Shown one piece after another: positions 25,501 to 38,380 of a stretch of DNA of 64,000 nt. The DNA comes from Chiloscyllium plagiosum (taxonomy: Eukaryota), in assembly GCF_004010195.1 (NCBI RefSeq), contig NC_057710.1, forward strand, positions 95,905,041 through 95,969,040, read 5' to 3'. The translations under genes were made by a program, and so were the position numbers. Each line of letters begins with the position of its first letter. The stretch's first letter is position 1. The notes beneath the pieces were generated by a model. That model made no database searches. It had not been told where the DNA came from and saw nothing but the letters and a program-made list of their open reading frames with translations.

Positions 25501-28500
25501 CCTGGGAGTTAAGGGTGTGTGTAATAAGTTGGGATTCAGTTGAGTAGATATCTAGGAGATAGACTAGGTATTTAATGGACTATCCTGTCCTGACATAGGA
25601 GTCAGCTCCAAATTTGACTATTTAAATGGATACTTTAAAAGTTCCTAGTGAAGGGGAATTGCCCATTGGAATCTTCAATTTTCCAGACAATTCCTTCAGA
25701 GTCTGCTACGATGGAGATGGCACAGGATTCCAACAAGCACCTCCCATCTGCATCTCAAACGATTATCTGGCTGTTAGAAAATCCAGACTATTTATAGCTT
25801 TTGTATGATTGAAGTAATACATTGAAATGGAGCTGCTAAGAATAGCTAAAATAATTAATTTTAGAATGTTATGTACCACTGTCAAGACATTTTTAAAGCA
25901 TTATTGATAGATTTTATCTAGCACATTTCTGTCCAGCCTCATTTTTGAACCTTGAGATCCACTTTATTGAGTGTAATATTTAAAAAACATGGAAAAATGT
26001 GTGCCAGATTCTTTTAAAACTTGTACAGGTGCTTGTTGTATGGAAGAATACTGATTGGGGGTTGAATCAACTGCTCTAATTATCCTTAAATAAGATCTAA
26101 ACAGACATTTTTGTGTATTGGAAGAGTGCGCTGCAATTTTTTTATTTTTAAATTTAGTTTCAGGGTGACAATTTCCACTTTATTGTACAAAGCTCCAACA
26201 GAGAACAAAAATAGATTTTCATTTGATACAGATTTAGTGCTGCATTCTTCAGAGAGTCTGTCAGAGGAGGGATTTTACAAAGCTATGTTGAGTTATTTCA
26301 AAGTTTAAAAAATATTCTGTTTATAAAATGGCAGTTCAAGTTGTCTGTGAACTAAATATTAAAACAAACTTGTTTGTCTGTATTATACAAAGTTAAATTC
26401 TTAAACTTCATTCATGCAGTCAGCATCAAGCCAGTTATCTTTAGTTACACACAAATGAAGAGATAATATTAAAAGACAAGAGGAGCTTAGTTTAAGGAGG
26501 ATCTGGCCAAGAGCAAAGCAAGCAAAACATTTGTCTTCTAATATGTTGGGAAAATGGTTATTTAAAAAAAAAGATATTTCAATATTGGTTTTCCTTGGAT
26601 ATTATTTTTGGTGGTTTGTAGAAGCAGAGACTGTGTCACAAAGGTTTTAACCACTTTATTATTTAAGCTTGAAATACACTTTTTAATTACAGGTCTGAGG
26701 GACATTCATTCATGTATATTGTATAAGGTGCTTGCAAGCTTTCCTTGGGGGATTTTGTTTAATTTGAAAAGTGAATGCAGAAAGACCTTATTTTACATAT
26801 TCCTTCCACCTCAAGGTCAACTTACACATTAGGTTGGTTTCATTGATCGTTTCACTTTTTTAATATTGTGGGCAGAGACTGGGGATATTTGCTGAATGAG
26901 TTTAGACAAAATGCTGAGTGTTAACTGGGGAACTGCAGATCTTAACAATAGATCCGTTAAGATTGATGACCTAATAAAGACTTGCTAAGTTGCTACGTTC
27001 ACTGAATTCATTTTTCAACAATTATTATCTTTTGCCAATAGTATGTTTCCTTAGTTACTTGTGTGTTTTTAGCTTTTTAATAGTTGAAGGGAATAACAAT
27101 AACTAGGTTTAAATGAGCCAATCTAGGATTTAGATTAAGCTCAAAAATGGTAGTTTCTTTGTAGCAAGGGTATCATCACAAAAATTGCAGAGAAATTTTC
27201 TAGATAGAACACTATATAAACAAAATTCACATGTTTGCAAAGTCGACTTAAAGCAATTTGTTTCCCTGTTGGATTAGAGACATTAATTATCGGAATATCC
27301 TGGATAAAGTTGCAAGGGATTGCTCTGCTTGTAGTGACAGATTGGTGGAGAATGTGTTGTGTGAAGTGCTTGCAGCATTGACAGGAGGCTTTTCTACTCT
27401 GTAGCAGTTGCTTATAATCAGTAAGCCATCTGAGGATGTAACTCGGCTACTGTCTGCTGTGCAAGTGCGGAAAGGCTGAAAGAAATTGGATCACCATATT
27501 AATAAATGAATAAGCTGTCATTCTCGGGAGGTTCTCCACAGGTCAGTGAAGTACATGGCTATATCAGGAGCACTCAGCATCACCTGATGCATACGAAAGC
27601 CTGAGGGAATGATTCCAGTCAGCGTGTTGTCTGTAGTGTGAAGGCATCTGACGTGCCCAGCAGCTTAATTTCTTTCTGCTGCAGTAATTGAAGGGGGTTA
27701 GGAAGGGAAATTAACAGCAACCCAAGTAGCATGCTACACAGACCATGTTAGTTCCACTTTAGACCTTCTGCCAGATGTTCTAGAGTGAAATGAAGATTGC
27801 GCTTTCTAGCATGATAAAGAAATATATTCATAGTCCCTTAGGATGGCAGTTTCCTCATGCAGAGATATATATCTGCAGTACTGTAAGTACTTGATGTTTT
27901 GTTATTTTTACAAACTGTACAGGACTGGCAATTACAGTAGTGCATGATGTGGCTCATATTCAGTTCTTTCTGTCTGAAAGATTGGTAACTTTATGGCTTT
28001 GAACGTGCTGTGGTCGCAAACACGTGAAAAAGATTGCTTTGTTAAAAACTGTGCTGGGAGCAAATGCATTGGTAAATATGTGCACTATTATGCTAAACGT
28101 TAAATTGTACAATTGCAATCAATCATCTGGAAGGCAATTAGAGCAGTTGCTAGTCCTGTGCAGTTACGTTGTGGTTGTTAGGGCTTGTGGTGCCAGCGTT
28201 GAAATTTGTGAGCTTTAACCATAGTGGATTTGTTAGTAAAGATAATGCGTGTAATGCGTATGGCACCACAAAATAGTGTGCTAGAGTGGGAGAAACAAAA
28301 GATCATTTCTATGTGAAATAGCAGTAAACAAAAACTTGGCAATATTTCCAATCAGTTCACTACCAACCTGGCATGAAGTGGCACATTTATATTGCTACAT
28401 ATTGAGTTATATTAACAGGATTTTAGTCTAAAATAATTTGTTTCCTGATGTGCTTCTTGACAAAAACTTGCCACTGCAACAATTTTATGAAAGTGGGCCA

Positions 28501-30144
28501 GTGGAATGAAAGAACAGCTGCTGTGTGATTCAGACTCACTTGGCATATGCTGCATTTTACTTTGTATCAACTAGGTTAGTTGTCTTTATTAAACCATTCT
28601 GAGTTAAAAATGTTCATCAAGTTATAAATAGATTTATGTATATCCGAACATAACTGAATTAATAATTAGGAATTGTATTTTTCGTGAGTGTTCAATGTTG
28701 ATGGTACAGTTTCCTGTTTAATTTAATATACACATTATGTTATCTATGTGCTATTAGGAATTTTAAGTTCTGTGATAATGTGATGCCTTCAAGAAGTATC
28801 CCAACACTAAGTGTGCTAAAAGTTGAGATGCAGCATTGAAGAAATTTGGATATGATCATGCTTTTTTTTTAAATTTGAGCACAAAAGCGCTGAGAATATA
28901 AACATTTACTGTCAGTATGGAACCCTGCAAATTACTGTTGACTGGATCTGTGACTGGGTATAAATATGGTGGAACTGTTAAACTGTGTACCTATTTTAAA
29001 CTGATGAATTTAGAAATTAGTAAGAACACTTTCCTACTGTTTGTAGTTTTATGGTAACTACGTGCCGAGGTATATTTGTTTTATTCTGTTCCATATTCAC
29101 TTCTGGAGAAGTATTGGACCCAGCATCTTTTGGGTGGAAGTAAATTACATAGAATGGGACTACATTAGACTACCCAGTATGGAAAGTAGGTTTCATAAAA
29201 ATATTTAAGGGATAGTTTCTTCTCCAAACGTAGTTTGAGGTAGAATTAGAATTTAGGGTTTTCAAAATGTATATTTCTATTTCAATGAATTATTGACCAT
29301 TACTATTTGCACAGTAATTTTTTACATCCATACTGTAGTATGTTTTCCCTGTTTACATATGTAACAACACCTTTTCTTATAGTTATGAGCTATAATTACA
29401 GTTCCAATTGTTCTTCATCTCCTGGATATTACTAAGTTTGTTTTCATAAATTTTCTCAACATTTCATCAAAGATGTTGATGTACTGAGAATGGGATTACC
29501 AATTCGGAGTAAAATAGAATTTACAAAATTGTAATCTGGTCCCATTGAAATTGAAAGAGAGACTTACATTTATTTGTTGTTTCATGGCCTCAGTAAGTCC
29601 CAAGCCATTTTAGAGTAAATAAAGTCATTTTGAAGTCACTGTTGTAATGTAGGAATCGTGGCAGCCAATGTTTGTACTGCATGTTCCTACAAACTGTATG
29701 ATGATAAAGGATCAGCAACCTACTTCAAATAATATTGATCAAGGGATAGTAATTGGCTTGGATATGATGAAACTCCTCTGGTCGTTAAAATGATGAAATA
29801 AATGTTGCTACACTTTGGTTTAATATCTTGCCCATAAGATGGCATCTTTGGCAGTATGTAATTCCCTTCATATTGTGTAAGAAAATACTGACCCTAGCCT
29901 TGCACTCAAAGGCATGAAAATGATATCAACTGAGCCATGAAATTTACATATACAGCCTCAGAGAGACTGGAGAGTCTAGAGCTAGAGGGCATGGTCTCAG
30001 GTTAAAGAATTGGTCATGCGACTGAGATAAAAAGAAATTTCCTTCCTGAAGATTGGGGAAATGTGATGCTGATATTAGCTTTACCCTTATTGAACCATGG
30101 TACAATGAAGAGCTAAGTGGCCAGACCTCTTAGTTGTTATGTTA

Positions 30145-31140
30145 CGAAACATGGAAAATAGGAAGAGGAGGTGCCATTTTGCCCTTCCGGCCTGCTCCAC
30201 CATTCATTATGATCACCCAACTCAATAGCCTGTTCCTACTTTCTCCCCCATATCCTCAGATCCCTTTAGTCTCAAGTGCTATATCCACCTCCTTCTTGAA
30301 TTCATACAATATTTTGTCCTCAACTGCTTTCTCTGGTAGGGAATTCCACAGGTTCACAACTCTCTGGGTGAAGAACCTTCTCCTCATCTTGGTCCTAAAT
30401 GGTCCTAAACACCATATCCTTAAACCGTGACCCCTAGTCCTAGACTCCCGTCATTGGGAACAACCTTCTTGCATCTACCGTATCTCGTCTTGAGAATGTT
30501 ATAGGTGTCTAATAGAGCCTTATAATTATTTTAAACTCCAGTGAATACAATCCCAACTGACTTAATATTTCATCATATGTCAGTCCTGCCACCCCAGGAA
30601 TCAATTTTGTAAACCTTTACTGCACTCGCTCTATAGCAACAACATCCTTCATTGGATAAGGAGACCAAAGCTGCACAAGGTATTGTGGTGTGGCCTCACC
30701 AATGCGCTGTACAGTTGCAGCAATTCGTGCTCCTGTACAGGAATCCTCTTGCTATGAAGGCCAACATACCACTTTCCTTCTTTACTGCCTTCTGCACCTG
30801 TCCGCTTACCTTCAGTGACTGTTTTAGAAGGACTCCCAAATCTCATTGCATATTCTCCCCCCTCTCAATTATACTATTCAGATGATAATCTGCCTTTTTG
30901 TTTTTGCTACAAAGTAGAAAACCTCCCACTTATCCACATTGTACTGCATCTGCCATGCATTTGCCCATTCATTCAGCCTGCTATACTGAAGCATCTCTGC
31001 ATCATCCATCGTTCATCCCCCCACCCAGTATTGTCATCTGCACATTTTGAGATGTTTAGTTCTCTCATCTAAATTGTTGCTATATATTGTGAATAGCTGA
31101 TTACTGTGGGACCCTACTAGTTGCTGCCTGCCATTCAGAG
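30145..31140 (-). mobile_element. CR1 LINE 3' fragment
   Basis: Minus-strand LLQLYSALVRPH...CSF motif and a CR1-type 3' UTR. Confidence 0.85.
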
Positions 31141-31684
31141 GAAGATTCGCATTGTGTTCCAATTCCGACTGTAGACATTCCTGAAAGCTTGATCATGTCA
31201 TATCTTGATCAAATGACATGGGATCCCAGCATTTGTATGCAAGTGTTTGGATTTTTCTTCACACTTGGATCCTAGTTAGTTGAGAATCTTTCTATAATGG
31301 TTTTGTGTCAATTATGTAATATGTTCCAAGAATCAAAAGACTGGAAGTGGACAGATGAATAGTGGAGACCAATAAATTACAGTACAGGAGCAGACCACGA
31401 GATTACTGGTGTTAGTGCTCTCTCCTTTAACCACAAGAACCATTTTACATTTCGCTTCTCAAATATTTTCAAAGCAAATTATTGGCAATTATACATTTGC
31501 TGGTTAGTTACTTTGTTCATTCAGCAAAATGTTATAACCAAGAATTTTTCGGAATTATACATGATAGTTCACAGTAGTTGTACAAAATGTTTGTTGTTTA
31601 TAACTCTGAGTATAATAACAACCTATCATTTCACTCAAGCACCTATCCCATTCCCTAAACCTAAATTGTCAGCTTTTAAATTGG

Positions 31685-31801
31685 CTTGTGCCCGAAACGT
31701 CGATTCTCCTGCTCCTCGGATGTTGCCTGGCCTGCTGTGTTTTTCCAACACCACATTTTTCAACTCTGACACTCCAGCATCTGCAGTCCTCACTTTCTCC
31801 T
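31685..31801 (+). mobile_element. Penelope-like end, family A, short insertion truncated inside hammerhead stem II
   Basis: 14-bp TSD agcttttaaattgg (31671-31684, 31802-31815); begins cttgtgcccGAAACGTCgatt. Confidence 0.8.
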
Positions 31802-32321
31802 AGCTTTTAAATTGGTAATTGTTTAAGCTGCCAAAAAAGTGCTAACCATTCCATCACAGTCAATCACAAAGTTGCTTCTTGGAGAATGTTAAATGCATTC
31901 TTGCCATATTTTTACAAAAAAGAAATGTTGACATGTTCAGTGTTAAGGCATCAATCTGATTTGTTTCCTCCTGTGTAGGATTAAGATTTAACTTGTCTTT
32001 TTTTTAAAAAAAAGTTCCCCCTGTGCCCCCCCCGCCCAAACTTCCAAAAATGTTTGTTTTGGCTTGTATTGTTTCAAAGTGACAACTGTCAGATGCAAAG
32101 TAGGAGTGAAAGCAATAATGAGTGATTCTGTGAGGTTTATTAATAAATAAAGATCACTTTGAGATTGTCCAAGGTAAAAAGGATGCTTGACAGAAAAGCT
32201 GTTAGATTCTTATTATTGTGTGCGCTTTCATTCTGGATGATAGTGTTTCTGGCCTTTAGGGAAATCTCAACTCTTGCAATTCTAGGGTGTAGGTTTGCTC
32301 GCTGAGCTGTAGGTTTGATGT

Positions 32322-32361
32322 CCATATGTTTCATTACCTCGCTAGGTAACATCATCAGTGG
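32322..32361 (-). ncRNA. Minimal hammerhead ribozyme, family C, minus-strand arm
   Basis: Reverse complement reads CCA-CTGATGA-T-GTTACC-tagcga-GGTAAT-GAAA-CATA-TGG. Confidence 0.7.
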
Positions 32362-33150
32362 TGACCTCCAAGTGAAGCGAAGCTGTTGTCTCCTGCTTTC
32401 TATTTATATCTTTCTCCTGGATGGGGTTCCTGAGGTTTGTGGTGATGTCATTTCCTGTTCGTTTTCTGAGGGGTTGATAGATGGCATCTAGATCTATGTG
32501 TTTGTTTATGGCGTTGTGGTTGGAGTGCCAGGCCTCTAGGAATTCTCTGGCATGTCTTTGCTAAGCCTGTTCCAGGTTAGATGTGTTGTCCCAGTCAAAA
32601 TGGTGGGTTTTTTTCCTCCGTTTGTAGGGCTACGAGGGAGAGAGGGTCGTGTCTTTTTGTGGTTAGCTGGTGTTCATGTATCCTGGTGGCTAACTTTCTT
32701 CTTTTTTGTCCTACGTAGTGTTTGTGGCAGTCCTTGCAAGGAATTTTGTAGATGATGTTGGTTTTGTCCATGTGTTGTACTGGGTCTTTTAAGTGTTAGT
32801 TTTTCTTTGAGAGTGTTGGTGGGTTTGTGTGCTACTAGGATTCCGAGGGGTCTCAGTAGTCTGCCTGTCATTTCTGAAACTTCTTTGGTGTATGGTAAGG
32901 TGGTAACACCATTTCGACTGGGACAACACATCTATCCTGGGACAGGCTAAGCAAAGACATGCCAGAGAATTCCTAGAGGCCTGGCACTCCAACCACAACG
33001 CCATAAACAAACACATAGATCTAGATACCATCTATCAACCCCTCAGAAAACGAACAGGAAATGACATCACCACAAACCCCAGGAACCCCATCCAGGAGAA
33101 AGATATAAATAGAAAGCAGGAGACAACAGCTTCGCTTCACTTGGAGGTCG

Positions 33151-33190
33151 CCACTGATGATGTTACCTAGCCAGGTAATGAAACATCTGG
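33151..33190 (+). ncRNA. Minimal hammerhead ribozyme, family C, plus-strand arm
   Basis: CCA-CTGATGA-T-GTTACC-tagcca-GGTAAT-GAAA-CATC-TGG. Stem I CCA/TGG, 6-bp stem II with a G-U first pair, AUC triplet. Confidence 0.75.
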
Positions 33191-33963
33191 ATATCAAACC
33201 TACAGCTCAGCGAGCAAACCTACACCCTAAACCTCAACCTGAGCTACAAACCTTCACAAATCTTGCAATTCTGTTTAATTTCTCATGACAAGAAAGCATG
33301 ATGAAAGAAGCTGCTGCATTTCTATTAAGTTTTATATAATCTTAGGATGCTCTAATGAGCATTCCAATAAATGAAGTACTTTTGAAGTGTTATACAGTAG
33401 GAAATGTGGCAGCCAATTTGCACGTAGAAAAGTCTTAGACAGTAAATGGGGAGACAGACAGATGTTTTATTAATTCTGAGGTATCTGCATTGGCCAAGAC
33501 ACTCTGGGAACTCCACTGTTGTTCAAAGAATGTTTTGCATCATCTGAGGAAGGCAGACAAAGCCTGACTGAAAAGCCAACACCCCTCAAAATGCAGCTCT
33601 CCCACAGTAGTGCCATTTATTAGCCAATTTATGATGCAGAAAAGGGGCTTGAGCCCACAACCTACACTCATAATTTCAATCCATTCCTTTCTGATGCTGC
33701 AAACTCAATCAGGAGTAGCTTCTGGAGCTTAAAGTTGACTTTTGATACCTTTACACAAATGACCATCTCTCCTGTAAAAGCTTAAACAGATGTGCTCCAA
33801 AAGATTATCAGTCTTGTTTCAGATAACGTTAGGAAGGGAGTTCAACAATTTTGATCCATTGACCTTGAAGAAATGGCAATATACTTCCAAGTGAGGATAG
33901 TGTGAGAGTTGGCGAACTTGCAGGCAGTGGTGGTGCTCCCATGTATCTGATGAGCTTATACTG

Positions 33964-34830
33964 TAAGACCATAAGATATAGGAGCAAACTTACATCATTT
34001 GGCCTGAGTCTGCTCTGTTATTTGGTCATAGCTGATATGTTTCTCAACCCCATTGTCCTGCCTTCTTCTTGTAACCTTTGATCCACTTACTATTCAAGAA
34101 TTATCGATTTATGATTGAGATACTTGGCTCAATGACTTGGCTTCCACAGACCACTGTAGCAATGAGTTTCATCGCTCACTGATTGAAGAAATTTCTTCTC
34201 ATTTCAATTCTAAATGGTCTTTCCTTCATTCCGTGCCCTTAATCTCTCCTCCTAGTGGAAACATCTCCAGGTCTACTCAATCAAGGCCTGTCAGTATTCT
34301 ATAAGTTTCAAAGAGATCCTGCTCATCCCTCCAACTAATGATCCAAAATCTTCAACTGCTCCTCATATGACAAGCTCTTCATCCAGGGATCATTCAGATC
34401 ATTCTGGACACCCTCCAATGCCAGCACATCCTTTCATACATACAAGGCCCAAAACTGCGCTCAATGTTCCAAATGTGATCTGACCAGAGCCTTATATAGC
34501 CTCAGCAATACACCTCTGCTCTTGTATTCTAGTCCTCTTGAAATGAATGCTAACATTGCATTTGCCTTCCTAACTGCCAGCTGAAACTACATTTTAACTT
34601 TAAGAGAATCCTGAACTAGGACTCCCAAGTCCCTTTGTTCTTTAGATTTCCAAAGCCTTTCCCCATTTGGAAAATAGTCTATGCCTCTATTCTTCCTACC
34701 AAAGTGCATAACCTCACACTTACCCACCTTGTATTCCATCTGCCAGTGCTTTGCCCATGCTCCACCCAAATCCTTCTGCAGCCTCCCTGCCTCTTCAACA
34801 CTACCAGTTCCTGCACCTATCTTTGTGTCT
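33964..34830 (-). mobile_element. CR1 LINE 3' fragment
   Basis: Minus-strand WQMEYKVGKCEVMHFGRKN...EQRDLGVLVQDSLK. Confidence 0.88.
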
Positions 34831-34849
34831 TTCTCATCCTTCTTGGTGA

Positions 34850-35500
34850 TGGAGATGGCATATTTGAAAGGTGCTCTTGAAGGAGCTTTAGTGAATTATT
34901 GCAGTGTATTTTGTTGATGGTACTCAGCTGACACTTTGCGGCAGTGATGAAGGGAATGAATGTTGAAGACAATGGATGTCATGCCAATCAAGTGGGCTAT
35001 GATATCCTGGATGATTTGGAGACCCTTAAATGATGTTGTCACAGCTCCCATCCAACTAAGTGGACAGTATTTCATCACATTCCTGCCATATGCTTTGTAG
35101 ATAGATGGTGGCCAGGCATTGCGGAAACAGGAAGTGAGGTACATGCCAATAGACTTCTTAGTCTTGGACCTGCTGTTGTAGTTACACTAAGTATATGCTG
35201 GTCAAGTTCAGTTTTTGTTCGGTGAAACCTCAAGGATGTTAATAGTGGGGATTCAGTAATGATGACATCATTGAATGTCAAAGGCTGATGATTAGATTGT
35301 CTCTTGTTGGAGAAGGTCATTGTCTGGCACTTCTGTGGCACGAATGTTACTTGCCACTTCTGAAGAAGGGTCACTGGACTTGAAACATTAACTCTGCTAT
35401 CTCTCCACAGATGCTGCCAGACATACTGAGTTTCTCTAGCAATTTTTATTTTTGTTTCTTGCCATTTGTCGATCTAATCTTGTAAATTGTCCATGGACCA
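34850..35500 (-). mobile_element. Decayed LINE RT fragment (CR1/L2 group)
   Basis: Minus-strand KWQVTFVPQKCQTMTFSNKR and IYKA.GRNVMKYCPLSWMGA. Confidence 0.7.
35357..35457 (+). mobile_element. Penelope-like end, family D, nested in the LINE fragment, with hammerhead motif
   Basis: 7-bp duplication cttgcca (35350-35356, 35458-35464). CTGAAGA(35360)-A-GGGTC-actg-GACTT-GAAA-CATT-AACT. Homologous to 36808-36900 and 38229-38335. Confidence 0.7.
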
Positions 35501-36807
35501 CTTCCGTAGCTAAGTCGTTGCTAATTACCATAGCAATGAACAAGTTTAATCAATTAATAATATATCTTAATATTTAATTAATTGAGACTAAAGGTATAAA
35601 TGTCAGTCTAATTCACTTAATTAATAACAAATCAGGACCAGCAACTGTACCAAATACCATCGTCATTGATTTAATCCTTTAATGTAAAAGATTACATGGA
35701 AGAACACAGTAAGCCTCTCAATGTGGAGGGATAGATCATTGAAGAGAATTTCAAACAAAAGGGAAGAGTAACAGAAAGAACGTGTTTGAATAGCATCTGT
35801 TGAAATAATTGGTTTGTCAGTATTTTGCCTAAAAACTTTATTAGACCTTGTTACCCCGCCCTTTTCCTTTATATTGGAAGTGTTGCTAATAACGCATATG
35901 TACGGATGGAGTCCCTTTTAATTCAGTTTGAAAAGATGGAGTATAAAATGAAATTAGAAGCTGTGGTGACCTTGTTCTATTTTTCTGAAATGAAGAATAG
36001 CAGTTACTAGTGATTGCTTAATAGCTCAAACATATTTGTGAAAAGTTTCTATACCTTTGTCTCGAATCAAATGCTTAAGATGTTTACTGTAACAGACAGT
36101 AGGGTCAGTGTAGACTCAATGGGCTGAATAGCCGCTATTGCACTGTAGAGATTGTATGGGAGAGATTTGAGCCACAAAATTTGGCTTCTAAGTGCTACTA
36201 GTGTTGGTTTTGTGGTAAAGTTGTGAGCTGTATAACTCTGAGACTGCTGCATCACGGCCATGTTTGGAAGGCCATTAGTGCAAACAGGTTGCACAAGTGC
36301 TAAAACACACAAGGACAAAAATTAGGAATAGAAGGTATGAAGGCCCTCTTCACATGTTTTCTTAAACATTCTCAGCTGGACGTGTTCAGCACTCTCTCCC
36401 CGCCTCCCCCCCCCCCCCCCATGCTAACTATTTAATGGCAAAAACATAGGGCATCAGATGAGAGGCTCTTGGATTTCATGTACTGGTGTAGAGTTGCTGG
36501 AAGGATTATGTTCAGTGTTTTTGGAAACTATTAAGGTTTTGGAGTGAGAAAAAAACATTGCTGGACTTTTACAAGTAATGCAGAACACTGAAGGCCAACT
36601 CAGCAGAGCAGTGTTTGCAAATAGAGACTTTATTGCTTCTTGCATGATGACAAACTACAGCACAGGCAACAAAGGAGGGAAGCTGTTGAGAGAAAGGAGG
36701 TACACTCTCAATGGAAGGGAGTGCCAACCCAGAGTCTTCAGAGAGCATTTTTCTTAACTCTGTATCAGCCAGGAGCAATATCTGAGGTAAGGAAGATTCA
36801 CCAAGTC

Positions 36808-37190
36808 ACAAAAACAGAAATTGCTGGAAAAACTCAACAAATCTATGGACAGAAATCAGAATTAAACTTTTGAGTGTAGTGACCCTTCTTCAAAACTGAT
36901 GGTAACTCAGAAAATGTTTGTGTGGGGAATGGGGTAAGAAGTAAATGATAGGTGGAGATAGAGCCCATAAAGAGAGAAAAGCAGTTGGACAGACAAGGAG
37001 TGGATAACAGTCAGCCTAGGACAATGAATAGCTGCTAATGGGGGACTTTTAATGGCTAACAATGGATTATGTAGTAGCAAACCATATGCTAGCAAGATCT
37101 GATGTGTGGGGGAAGGCCTGGGCATGGGGAAGTTGCTCAAGCCCTAAACCTGTTGAACTTTATTGAGTCCGAAAGGTTGTGGAGTACCCA
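36808..37190 (-). mobile_element. Penelope-like 3' fragment, family D, with degenerate hammerhead and C-terminal coding remnant
   Basis: Minus-strand LGTPQPFGLN (PLE GIY-YIG C-terminal LgtlqPxGLN motif) followed by a 3' region with ttgaagaagggtcactacactcaaaa. Confidence 0.65.
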
Positions 37191-38085
37191 ATCTGAGCCA
37201 GTCCCATTTACCAGCATTTGGCCCACATCCTTCTAAACCTTTATTAGTCATGTGCCCATCCCGATACCTTTTAAATATTGTAATTGTGCCCACTTCCTCT
37301 GACAGCTCATTCCATACACATACCACCCTCTGCATGAAACATTTACTCCTCAGGTCCTTTTAAATCTTTCCCCTCTCACCTTAAACCTATGCCCTTCAGT
37401 TTTGGACTCACCCATCCTAGGAAAAAGATCTTGTCTATTCATCCTATCCATGCCCCTCATGATTTTATAAACTTCCATAGGGTCACCTCTCAGACTCTGA
37501 CGCTCCAGGGAAAATAGCCTCAGCCTATTCAGCCTCTCCCTATAACACAAACCGTCCAGTCCCAGCAACATCCTTGTAAATCTTTTCTGCATCCTCTGAA
37601 GTTTAGCAACATCCTTCCTGTAGAAGGGCAATCAGAGTTGTACGCAGTTCTCTAAAAGTGGCCTCACTAATGTCCTGTGCAGCCGCAAATGACATCCCAA
37701 CACCTATAATCAATGTTCTGACCAATGAAGGCAAGCATTCCAAACACTGCCTTCACCACACTATCTACCTGCAACTCCACTTCCAAGGAACTATGCAGCT
37801 GCAGCCCCAGGCCTCTTTTATTTGCCAACACTTCCCAGAGCCCAACCATTAACTATACAAGTCCAGCCCAGGTTTGCCTTACCAAAATGCAACACCTCCC
37901 ATTTATCTAAATTAAACTCCATCTGCTATTCCTTGGCCCACTGGCCCATCTGATCAAGGTAATACTCTGAGATAACTTTGTTCACTGTCCACTATACCAC
38001 CAATTTTAGTGTCATCTGCAAACTTACTATACCTCCTATATTCATATCAAAATCATTGATATAAGTGATGAAATACAGTGGACCC
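37191..38085 (-). mobile_element. CR1 LINE 3' fragment, same family as 15010-17540
   Basis: Minus-strand YRKDVAKLQRMQKRFTRML..LFSLERQSLRGD. Confidence 0.92.
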
Positions 38086-38228
38086 AATGTGAAAGTCTTT
38101 TTCAGGAACAGACTATTACCATTAATAAAGACTCAATGATCTCTGCCTATACCGTACCTCAGGTTTATTGCTTTGCCTCTTTGTGGTACAGAGTGCATGT
38201 CAGTTGGAGACCTTGATGATTTCACTCT

Positions 38229-38380
38229 GTAACAAAAATAGACATTATTAGGAAAGCTGAGCAGGTCTGGTAGCATCTGTGGAGAGAAATTAGAGTTAAC
38301 ATTTCGGGTTGAGTGACCTTCCATAGAATTGGTTCTGTTTTTCTTTCTGATTTACAGCATCTGCAGTTCTTTCCATTTTG
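38229..38380 (-). mobile_element. Penelope-like end, family D, degenerate
   Basis: Reverse complement ctatggaaggtcactcaacccgaaatgttaactctaatttctctccacagatgct matches 35357-35457. Confidence 0.6.

Larger units (their letters stand above)
32284..33260. mobile_element. Penelope-like element, family C, with GIY-YIG endonuclease remnant and inverted terminal duplication
   Basis: 12-bp TSD tcttgcaattct (32272-32283, 33261-33272). Minus-strand peptide LPYTKEVSE..RLLRPLGI..HKPTNTL / NIIYKIPCKDCHKHYVGQ..LATRIHEH..FDWDN..REFLEAWHS..AINKHIDLD. 32284-32605 is inverted at 32907-33229. Confidence 0.92.

Noticed and set aside
25080-25600. G-rich, strand-skewed tract with gtcagg motifs
   Set aside because: No credible ORF or regular period; most likely a decayed repeat or low-complexity region.
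36406-36420. Poly-C run (also poly-G near 20353)
   Set aside because: Simple homopolymers with no supporting context.
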